This document shows, piece by piece, positions 36,073 through 46,700 of a DNA stretch of 64,000 nt; position 1 is the stretch's first letter, and each line of letters opens with the position of its first letter. Both the position numbers and the translations under genes were made by a program. The notes under the pieces were generated by a model. It was given only the letters and a program-made list of their open reading frames with translations. It had not been told where the DNA came from and made no database searches. Source of the DNA: Scyliorhinus canicula (lineage: Eukaryota); the NCBI RefSeq assembly GCF_902713615.1, contig NC_052158.1:35071990-35135989 (forward strand), given 5' to 3'.

Positions 36073-36599
36073 CATTATTTGTTTTGATACATGTTTGTAA
36101 TAAAATACATTAAAAACATCTCGCAGCATGAGAATATTGGTGTTGCAGTGTGATCATTAAACATAGCTTGACAAACTATTCTCTCTTACATGAAAATATA
36201 ATACTTTAACAACAATAATCTTTATTGTCACAAGTAGGCTTACATTAACACTGCAATGAAGTTACTGTGAAAAGCCCCGAGTCGCCACATTCCGGCGCCT
36301 GTTCGGGTCACGGAGGGAGAATTCAGAATGTCCAAAGTACCTAACAGCACATCTTTCGGGACTTGTCGGCTGAAACCGGAGCACCCGGAGGAAACTCACA
36401 CAGACACTGGGAGAACATGCAGACTCCACACAGACAGTGACCCAAGCTGGAGATTTAATCAAGGTTCCTGTCACTGTGAAACAACAATGCTAACGGGGAC
36501 GGTCACTTCTTCATTGACACTGACCAAACTATTTTCCAGTGATCACCATCTGCATCAAGTATTCTCTTCTCAGATACGTTACCAATTAGATATGGAGTA

Positions 36600-37092
36600 A
36601 AGCTCCTTCAACACTGTCCCCATCAAACACTCCCAGGACAGGGACAGCACGGGGTTAGATACAGAGTAAAGCTCCCTCAACACTGTCCCCATCAAACACT
36701 CCCAGGACAGGGACAGCACGGGGTTAGATACAGAGTAAAGCTCCCTCTACACTGTCCCCATTAAACACTCCCAGGACAGGTACAGCACGGGGTTAGATAC
36801 AGAGTAAAGCTCCCTCTACACTGTCCCCATCAAACACTCCCAGGACAGGGACAGCACGGGGTTAGATACAGAGTAAAGCTCCCTCTACACTGTCCCCATT
36901 AAACACTCCCAGGACAGGGACAGCACGGGGTTAGATACAGAGTAAAGCTCCCTCTACACTGTCCCCATTAAACACTCCCAGGACAGGTACAGCAGGGGGT
37001 TAGATACAGAGTAACTCTCCCTCTACACTGTCCCATTAAACACTCCCAGGACAGGTACAGCAGGGGGTTAGATACAGAGTAAAGCTCCCTCT
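36600..37092 (-). repeat. 69-bp minisatellite array, ~7 copies, reverse orientation
   Basis: Reverse complement of the 31965-32853 unit; ACAGAGTAAAG recurs at 36661 and 36730. Confidence 0.95.
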
Positions 37093-37993
37093 TGATTGTA
37101 GAGAATTACAAACACTAATGACCCTTTGACAGAAGGTACAACTTTGGAGGGTATTTGGAATTACCTTTTGCAGTGAGCAGTAGATGCTGGATGATCATGT
37201 GTACTTGAGGCAAAATTAGACAGATTTATAATCTCCATGGGGATTAAGGGTTATGGGGGTGGGGTGGGGAGAAAAAGAGAACCAGGGGTGGGGGTGGGAT
37301 AGGGGCTGGGGCAGATTGGAAAGTTGAGGCCACACCAGATCAACCATGCAACTATTGAATGGTGGGGAGCAGGCCGGAGGCCTGTATAGCTGATGCACGA
37401 TTAATTACACAAAGACGAGAGTTGGATGCAATCGAGGCATTATTACACAAAGCTGTGTGGCCTCCTACAGCAGCTGGCGAAGTGGCTGCCTGTACGGGGA
37501 GCACACATATTTATACTCTGTCTACTGGGCGGAGCCAGCAGGCAGGGAACTACCCCTGTACCTGTGGTACAGGGCCTTACCACAAAACACCTACACCGGC
37601 ATCCTCTATACAGTATACAATATATATATCAGTGGTGACTACCACAATAGCCTATTCCTGTTTATGTACTTTTGTTCTGATGTCTAATCCCACTACTGAT
37701 AGAAGTACCTTCAGCACGCTTAAGCCTAGTTCTGGAATCCATTCCCCAGTCACCCTCCGCCTCTCTTACTCCCCATTCACTCTCTTTATAACTCAGCCTC
37801 TGTGAGGAAGCCTTCTATCGACGGGCCCTGATATGACACAAACCCCCCATGTTGTTCGGTATATAATTCTGTTTGATCATTCTTCTGTGAGACACCAAGG
37901 GACACCAAATGTGCCTCTATCAATATCCAGTCGTTGGCCCAGCCCAGCCCATTCACAGCCACGACGCTCTTTTGAACTCTCCCCATACCCTAC

Positions 37994-38227
37994 CTTCAGG
38001 AACTGGATGTCATCGCCCTGTGCTTGTTGTCCATTCAGCCCCTTCAGCCGAGCGTCCAGGGACCGCAGCCCCTCCTCCGCAATCCGCAGGTTCTCTCGGA
38101 TGAGTTCCAGGAGCGAGTTCTCATGCTCATTCAGCTCCCGGGACAGGCTGTCTTCTTTCTGGCTGAGAAAGCGGTGCATTTGAGAGAACTGCTCTTTCAC
38201 GTGCAGCCGCAGTGCCTCAGATCCCTT
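37994..38227 (-). CDS. TRIM gene A, 234-nt coiled-coil exon
   Basis: KGSEALRLHVKEQFSQMHRFLSQKE..DDIQFLK. Acceptor cttttgcag, donor gtaggg, phase 0-0. Confidence 0.92.
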
Positions 38228-38270
38228 CTGCAAAAGAGAGCAAGGAGTACTTTTTTAAAAAATGAGATAG

Positions 38271-38615
38271 TGTTAGGACACCGGGCCAGACCTGATTTAT
38301 GTTGGGATTGATGTGACCATCAATTCACTAGAGACACGATTGGAAGTAAACTGTGGTTTTAATAGTCTTACAACTGAGCCTGCCTGCGGACCAGAGGAAC
38401 TGAGAGCAGGCTTACGGCTGCAGCACTTTATACTTCCGGTAGTGGGAGGGGCAATGGGCGGGGCCATGGGCAGAGCCAAGGGTGGAGCCCTGTACAAGCT
38501 CCTCATCTCCCCCTATGGGCAGAGCCGCGCAACGGCTCACATAGAGAGCCCACAAGGACATAATACAATGCAATGCAATACAGTGTGAATTACAATACAG
38601 TATGAATTCACCACA
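38271..38615. mobile_element. Probable solo LTR related to the 19185-19496 LTR
   Basis: TG..CA ends; shares GACCATCAATTCAC..GAAGTAAACTGTG..TTTAAT..GCCTGCCTGCG with the 19.2 kb LTR; no clear TSD. Confidence 0.55.
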
Positions 38616-39225
38616 GAGAAACTGGACAGGAAATCCCAAACAGTTTGCAAAACTCTGAGGAAAAACTATTTCACCTCAGGAGTGATGGCTCTGAACACAT
38701 CGGTATTGTGGTAACCTAGCAAGGCATTTTTAGGCCCGATTAAAATTGGGTGTTTTAACTGGGTACTTTAAAACAAGCCACAGGCGCTCCAGCACAGCCT
38801 CATGGGAATTCGGACTGGCCAAGTTCGAATATGCTAGAGGTCAGACAGGCTGCCAAGACATGTCTGGACCTGCCCTGTCAACCTGCCATCAAGAGATAAT
38901 CGATCCGATTGATATGCAACCTGACACCCAGATAGTGCCCCTGCCGTCCTGGCAGTGTTATCCAGGCACAGCGCCTCAGTGCCCGGCGGGCGCACCACAA
39001 AACCTTGTGGTTCATAGGCCAATGGGTGGCACACTGAACGAATAGCTGATGATCTTATTAATGTCGATGTTTATATTGCTCAAAATGATATACACTGGAT
39101 TATTTATTAACCGGTGCTTTTCCAAATTGCAATTTCTCTTATCCCAAATTAAAATGTCCAGAAGGCCATTCGCCAGCGATCCCCCCCATGATAGGCTGTG
39201 GCATCTGAAATGCTCCCAATTTTAC

Positions 39226-39321
39226 CTTGACTTCAGAAACTTTGTGTTGTTCCACTTGGAGGAAGCCAGTGAAAGCGGACACCTGATTGCGGACTGAAGC
39301 AATCTCCACCTGAATCTGCTC
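39226..39321 (-). CDS. TRIM gene A, 96-nt coiled-coil exon (EQIQVEIASVRNQVSAFTGFLQVEQHKVSEVK)
   Basis: Acceptor ccccag, donor gtaaaa, phase 0-0. 96 nt is the canonical size of this exon in class IV TRIMs. Confidence 0.85.
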
Positions 39322-40164
39322 CTGGGGGTTCAGAGGAGACTGGGTGATTTAACGAAATGGTGCCCCAGCCCCACACCCCCTGTATGCACAGGAACGCAGA
39401 TCAGTTAGGGAGAGATTGGATAGACTGGGGTTGCTTTCCTGAGACCAGAGGCGGCGAAGGGGTGATCTAATCGGGGTGTAGGAAATTATGAGCGTCCGAG
39501 ACAGGGGAGACAGGAAAGACCTATTTCCCCGAGCTGACTGTTCAATGACCAGGGGAATGAAGAAATGTGATTGGCAGAAGGAATGAGACGGGTCCCGAGA
39601 TAAAATATTTTCATCTCGTGGAGGAAGGTAGGGCAGCGAGGGTGGGTGGGCCGGGCGGTGAAGGTGGGGGACGGTCGGGCGGCAAGATTAGGGGGCGGGG
39701 GGGGGAGGGTGGGGGGGGTGTCGGGCAGCAAGGGGAGGGTCGAGTCAGGTAGCGAGGGTGGGGGGGGTCAGATGGCGAGGGGCGGGGGGGGGGAATAGGG
39801 CAGAGGGGGTCGTGAGTGGTGTAGGTGGGGGTGACTTTTAGGCCTGGCCACAGAGGATGTAGGCCTGGTGGCGGGTGTATGGGGGAGGGCTCATAGGCCG
39901 GCAAGGGGGGGGGGAAGAGAAGGGGTGCAGGCAGGGGGGGGTGGGATTGGGATGTCCCTCTCGGGAGGTGGGGGGTGGAGAGGGTTGGGGGGTGGGGGTA
40001 TGGGGAGGGGAAATCATTTGGAGTTTCATCATGGGGAAACGGTGGCCTGGATTTCAGTTTTATGAAATTCAAATATGGGCAGGACCATATTTGAAGATAA
40101 GGATGTTTCCTATTAACCCAAAAAGGACAGACAGTGGCCTCTATTTAAGGTCAGTCCTGCCCAT

Positions 40165-40570
40165 CTGACAGCGCTGCACTCCCTCAGTACTCACCCTCTG
40201 ACTGCAGCACTCCCTCAGTACTGACACTGGCAGTGCAGCACTCCCTCAGTACTGACCCTCTGACAGTGCAGCATTCCCTCAGTACTGACCCTCTGACAGT
40301 GCAGCACTCCCTCAGTACTGACCCTCTGACAGTGCAGCACTCCCTCAGTACTGACCCTCTGACAGTGCAGCTCTCCCTCAGTACTGACCCTCTGACAGTG
40401 CAGCACTCCCTCAGTACTGACCCTCAGACAGGGCAGCACTCCCTCAGTACTGACCCTCTGACAGGGCAGCACTCCCTCAGTACTGACCCTCTGACAGTGC
40501 AGCGCTCCCTCAGTACTGACCCTCTGACAGGGCAGCGCTCCATGAGTACTGACCCTCTGACAATGCAGCT
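40165..40570. repeat. 33-bp tandem repeat (CAGTACTGACCCTCTGACAGTGCAGCACTCCCT), ~12 copies
   Basis: Visible period; translates as the 11-aa repeat in ORFs 40215-40472 and 40233-40604. Confidence 0.95.
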
Positions 40571-40713
40571 CTCCCTTGTCCCTGCACTGGAGGCCTCAAC
40601 ATGAATTGTGTCCCAAAAGTCTCTTGAATGGGCCTTGAACCACCTGCTTCAGATGAAAGTGTGATGAATGAAGCCACGGGTACACAAGGGCTTCCCCACC
40701 TACCTGAACAAAT

Positions 40714-43700
40714 GGGGCTGGGGGAGTGGCGGGGGCTGGGAGAATGCCTGGGGGCGGGGGCTGGGCGAGTGTCTGGGGGCGAGGGGAGGGGCGAGTGCCT
40801 GGGAGCTGGGCGAGTGCCTGGGGGCGGGGGGCTGGGCGAGTGCCTGGGGGCGGGGGCTGGGCGAGTGCCTGGGGGCGGGGCTGGGCGAGTGCCTGGGGGC
40901 GGGGGCTGGGCGAGGGGGCCTGGGGCGAGGTGCCCTGGGGGCGGGGCCTGGGCGAGAGTGGCCTGGGGGCGGGGGCTGGGGCGAGTTGCCATGGGGTGCG
41001 GGGGCTGGGCGAGTGCCTGGTGGGCGGTGGGGTCGGGGCGAGTTGCGCTGGGGGCGGGGGCTGGGCGAGTGCCCTGGGGGCGGGGGGGCTGGGCGAGTGC
41101 CTGGTGGCGGGGGGCTGTGCGAGTGTGCCTCGGGGGGGGGGGGGCTGGGCGAGTGCCTGGGAGCGGGGCGAGGGGCTGGGCGAGTGCCTTGGGTAGCGGG
41201 GCGAGGGGGCTGGGCGAGTTGCCCTGTTGGAGCGGCGGGGCGAGGGCTGGGCGAGTGCCGGGGAGCGGGGCGAGGGGGCTGGGCGAGGTGGCCTGGGAGC
41301 GGGGGCGAGGGGCTGGGGCGAGTGCCTGGGAGCGGGGCGAGGGGCTGGGGTGGGCAGAGTGCCGGGGAGCGGGGCGAGGGGCTGGGCGAGATGCCTGGGT
41401 GGACGGGCGAGGGGCTGGGCGAGTGCCTGGGAGCGGGGCGAGGGGCGGGGCGAGTGCCTGGGATGCGGGGCGAGGGGCTGGGCGAGTGCCTGGGAGCGGG
41501 GCGAGGGGCTGGGCGAGTGCCTGGGAGCGGGGCGAGGGGCTGGGCGAGTGCCTGGGAGCGGGGCGAGGGGCTGGGCGAGTGCCTGGGAGCGGGGCGAGGG
41601 GCTGGGCGAGTGCCTGGGAGCGGGGCGAGGGGCTGGGCGAGTGCCTGGGAGCGGGGCGAGGGGCTGGGCGAGTGCCTGGGAGCGGGGCGAGGGGCTGGGC
41701 GAGTGCCTGGGAGCGGGGCGAGGGGCTGGGCGAGTGCCTGGGAGCGGGGCGAGGGGCTGGGCGAGTGCCTGGGAGCGGGGCGAGGGGCTGGGCGAGTGCC
41801 TGGGAGCGGGGCGAGGGGCTGGGCGAGTGCCTGGGAGCGGGGCGAGGGGCTGGGCGAGTGCCTGGGAGCGGGGCGAGGGGCTGGGCGAGTGCCTGGGAGC
41901 GGGGCGAGGGGCTGGGCGAGTGCCTGGGGGCGGGGCGAGGGGCTGGGCGAGTGCCTGGGAGCGGGGCGAGGGGCTGGGCGAGTGCCTGGGAGCGGGGCGA
42001 GGGGCTGGGCGAGTGCCTGGGAGCGGGGCGAGGGGCTGGGCGAGTGCCTGGGAGCGGGGCGAGGGGCTGGGCGAGTGCCTGGGAGCGGGGCGAGGGGCTG
42101 GGCGAGTGCCTGGGGGCGGGGCGAGGGGCTTGGGCGAGTGCCTGGGAGCGGGGCGAGGGGCTGGGCGAGTGCCTGGGGGCGGGGCGAGGGGCTTTGCGAG
42201 TGCCTGGGAGCGGGGCGAGGGGCTGGGCGAGTGCCTGGGGGCGGGGCGAGGGGCTGGGCGAGTGCCTGGGGGCGGGGCGAGGGGCTGGGCGAGTGCCTGG
42301 GGGCGGGGCGAGGGGCTGGGCGAGTGCCTGGGGGCGGGGCGAGGGGCTGGGCGAGTGCCGGGGGGCGGGGCGAGGGGCTGGCGAGTGCCTGGGGGCGGGG
42401 CGAGGGGCTGGGCGAGTGCCTGGGGGCGGGGCGAGGGGCTGGGCGAGTGCCTGGGGGCGGGGCGAGGGGCTGGGCGAGTGCCTGGGGGCGGGGCGAGGGG
42501 CTGGGCGAGTGCCTGGGGGCGGGGCGAGGGCTGGGCGAGTGCCTGGGGGCGGGGCGATGGGCTGGGCGAGGTGCCTGGGGGCGGGGCGGGGGCTGGGCGA
42601 GTGCCTGGGGGGCGGGGCGAGGGGCTTGGCGAGTGCCTGGGGCGGGGGCGAGGGCTGGCGAGTGCTGGGGCGGGGCGAGGGGCTGGGCGAGTGCCTGGGG
42701 GCGGGGCGAGGGGCTGGGCGAGTGCCTGGGGGCGGGGCGAGGGGCTGGGAGTGCCTGGGCGGGGCGGGGGCTGGGCGAGTGCCTGGGGCGGGGCGAGGGC
42801 TGGGCGAGTGCCTGGGGGCGAGGGGCTGGGCGAGTGCCTGGGGGCGAGGGGCTGGGCGAGTGCCTGGGGGCGAGGGGCTGGGCGAGTGCCTGGGGCGGGG
42901 CTGGGCGAGTGCCTGGGGCGGGGCTGGGCGAGTGCCTGGGGCGGGGGCTGGGCGAGTGCCTGGGCGGGGGGCTGGGCGAGTGCCTGGGGGCGGGGCTGGG
43001 CGAGTGCCTGGGGGCGGGGGCTGGGCGAGTGCCTGGGGGCGGGGGCTGGGCGAGTGCCTGGGGGCGGGGGCTGGGCGAGTGCCTGGGGCGGGGCTGGGCG
43101 AGTGCCTGGGCGGGGGCTGGGCGAGTGCCTGGGGGCGGGGGCTGGGCGAGTGCCTGGGGCGGGGCTGGGCGAGTGCCTGGGGGCGGGGGCTGGGCGAGTG
43201 GCTGGGGGCGGGTGTGGCGAGTGCCTGGGGGCGGGCGAGGGCTGGCGAGTGCCTGGGGCGGGGCGAGGGGCTGGGCGAGTGCCTGGGGGCGGCGGGGCTG
43301 GGCGAGTGCCTGGGGCGAGGGGCTGGGCGAGTGCCTGGGGCGGGGCTGGCGAGTGCCTGGGGCGGGCTGGCGAGTGCCTGGGGCGGGGGCTGGGCGAGTG
43401 CCTGGGGGCTGGGGCTGGGCGAGTGCCTGGGGGCGGGGCTGGCGAGTGCCTGGGGGGCGGGGGCTGGGCAGTGCCTGGGGCGGGGGCTGGGCGAGTGCCT
43501 GTGGGCGGGGGCTGGGCGAGTGCCTGGGGGCGGGGCTGGGCGAGTGCCTGGTGCGGGGCTGGGCGAGTGCCTGGGGCGGGGCTGGGCGAGTGCCTGGGGC
43601 GGGGGCTGGGCGAGTGCCTGGGGCGGGGCTGGGCGAGTGCCTGGGGGCGGGGCTGGGCGAGTGCCTGGGGGCGGGCTGGCGAGTGCCTGGGGGGGGTGGG

Positions 43701-46700
43701 CTGGGCGTGCCTGGGGGCGGGCTGGGCGAGTGCCTGGGGCGGGGCTGGGCGAGTGCCTGGGTCGGGGCTGGCGAGTGCCTGGGGGCGGGGGCTGGGCGAG
43801 TGCCTGGGGGCGGGGGCTGGGCGAGTGCCTGGGGGCGGGGGCTGGGCGAGTGCCTGGGGGCGGGGCTGGGCGAGTGCCTGGGGGCGGGGTGGCGAGTGCC
43901 TGGGGCGGGCTGGGCGGTGCCTGGGGGCGGGGTCTGGGCGAGTGCCTGGGGGCGGGGCTGGGCGAGTGCCTGGGGCGGGGCTGGGCGAGTGCCTGGGGGC
44001 GGGGCTGGCGGTGCCTGGGGGCGGGGGCTGGGCGAGTGCCTGGGGGCGGGGGCTGGGCGAGTGCCTGGGGCGGGGGCTGGGCGAGTGCCTGGGGGCGGGG
44101 GCTGGGCGAGTGCCTGGGGGCGGGGGCTGGGCGGGTGCCTGGGGCGGGGGCTGGGCGGGTGCCTGGGGGCGGGGGCTGGGCGGGTGTCCGGGGGGCTGGG
44201 CGAGTGCCTGGGGGCGGGGGCTGGCGAGTGCCTGGGGGCGGGGGGCTGGGCGAGTGCCTGGGGCTGGGCGGGTGCCTGGGGGCGGGGGCTGGGCGAGTGC
44301 CAGGGGGCGGGGCTGGGCGGGTGCCTGGGGGCGGGGGCTGGGCGGGTGCCTGGGGGCGGGGGCTGGCGGGTGCCTGGGGGGGCGGGCTGGGCGGTGTCCG
44401 AGGGCTGGGCGAGTGCTTGCGGGTTGGGGCTGGGCGAGTGCCTGGGGGGGCTGGGGGGCTGGTGCCTGCGGCGGAGCGGGTGCCTGGGGGCGGGTGCTGG
44501 GCGGGTGCCTGGGGGCGGGGGCTGGGCGGATGCCTGGGCGGGTGCCTGGGAAGAGGCTGGGCGAGTGCCTGGGGGAAGAGGCTGGGCGAGTGCCTGGAGG
44601 AAGAGGCTGGGCAAGTGCCTGGCGGCGGGGGCTGGGCGGGTGCCCGGGGGCGGGGGCTGGGCGGGTGCCCGGGGGGCGGGGGCTGGGAGGGTGCCTGGGG
44701 CGAGGGGCAGGGCGAGTGCCTGGGGGCGAGGGGCAGGCGAGTGCCTGGGGGCGAGGCTGGCGAGTGCCTGGGGGCGAGGGCTGGGCGGTGCCTGGGGGCG
44801 GGGGCGGGGGCTGGGCGTGCCTGGGGCCGGGGCGGGGGCTGGGGGTGCCTGGGGGCGGGGGCCTGGGCGGGTGCTGGGGGCGAGGGGCTCGGCGAGTGCC
44901 TGGGGGCGAGGGGCTGGGCGAGTGCCTGGGGGCTCGGGGCTCGGCGAGTGCCTGGGGCGAGGGGCTGGGCGAGTGCCTGGGGCGAGGGGCTGGGCGAGTG
45001 CCTGGGGGCGAGGGGCTGGGCGAGTGCCTGGGGGCGAGGGGCTGGGCGAGTGCCTGGGGGCGAGGGGCTGGGCGGGTGCCTGGGGGCGGGGGCTGGGCGG
45101 GTGCCTGGGTGTGGGGGCTGGGCGAGTGCCTGGGGGCGGGGGCTGGGCGGGTGTCCGGGAGGCTGGGGGGCTGGGCGAGTGCCTGGGGCGGGGGGGGCTG
45201 GGCGAGTGCCTGGGGGCGGGGCGGTTGGCTGGGCGGGTGCCTGGGGGCGGGGGCTGGGCGGATGCCTGCGGGCGGGGTCTGGGCGAGTGCCTGGGGGCGG
45301 GGTCTGGGCGGGTGCCTGGGGCCGGGGGCTTGGGTCGGGGGCTGGGCGGGTGCCTGGGGGAAGGGGCTGGGCGGGTGCCTGGGGGAAGAGGCTGGGCGAG
45401 TGCCTGGGGGAAGAGGCTGGACGAGTGCCCGGGGGGCTGGGCGGGTGCCTGGGAAGAGGCTGGGCGGGTGCCTGGGGGCGGGGGCTGGGCGAGTGTCAGG
45501 GGGCTGGCGAGGGCCTAGGGGTTGGGGGCTGGGCAGGTGCCGGATGGGTGTCTTGGGGCGGGGGCTGGCGGTTGCCTGGAGGCGGGGGCTGGGCGAGTGA
45601 CTGGGGGCAGGGGCTGGGCGGGTGACTGGGGGCAGGGGCTGGGCGGGTGACTGGGGGAAGGGCTGGGCGGGTGACTGGGGGAAGGGGCTGGGCGGGTGAC
45701 TGACTGGGGGAAGGGGCTGGGCGGTGACTGGGGGAAGGGGCTGGCGGGTGACTGGGGGAAGGGCTGGGCGGTGACTGGGGAAGGGGCTGGGCGGTGACTG
45801 GGGGAAGGGGCTGGGCGGACTGGGGGAGAGCTGGGCGGTGACTGGGGGAAGGGGCTGGGCGGGTGACTGGGGAAGGGGCTGGGGCGTGGTGTGGGGGGGG
45901 TGGGCGGGGCGGGTGACTGGGGGGAAGTGGCTGGCGGTGACTGGGGGAAGGGCTGGGCGGGTGACTGGGGGAAGGGGCTGGGCGGGTGCTGGGGGAAGGG
46001 CTGGGCGGTGACTGGGGGGAAGGGTCGTGGGGGATGGGGGAAGGGGCTGGGCGGGTGCTGGGGGAAGGGGCTGGGCGGTGGACTGGGGGAGGGCTGGGGG
46101 ACTGGGGAAGGGGCTGGGCGGGTGACTGGGGGAAGGGGCTGGGCGGGTGACTGGGGGAAGGGGCTGGGCGGGTGACTGGGGGAAGAGGCTGGGCGAGTGC
46201 CTGGGGGAAGAGGCTGGGCGAGTGCCTGGGGGGAAGAGGCTGGCAAGTGCTGGCGCGGGGGCTGGCGGTGCCCGGGGCGGGGCTGGGCGGGTGCCCGGGG
46301 GGCGGGGCTGGGAGGGTGCCTGGGGGCGAGGGGCAGGCGAGTGCCTGGGGCGAGGGGCAGGGCGAGTGCCTGGGGGCGAGGGCTGGGCGGGTGCCTGGGG
46401 GCGGGGCGGGGGCTGGGCTGGTGCCTGGGGGCGGGGGCTGGGCGGGTGCCTGGGGGCGGGGCTTGGGCGGGTGCCTGGGGGCGAGGGGCTCGGCGAGTGC
46501 CTGGGGCTCGGGGCTCGGCGAGTGCCTGGGGGCTCGGGGCTGGGCGATGTCCGGGGGCGAGGGGCTGGGCGAGTGCCTGGGGGCGAGGGGCATGGCGAGT
46601 GCCTGGGGGCGAGGGGGCTGGGCAGGTGGCCTGGGCGAGGGGCCGGGGCGGGTGCCTGGGGCGGGGGCTTGGGCGGGTGGGGGTGGCCCCCCCTGGGTGT

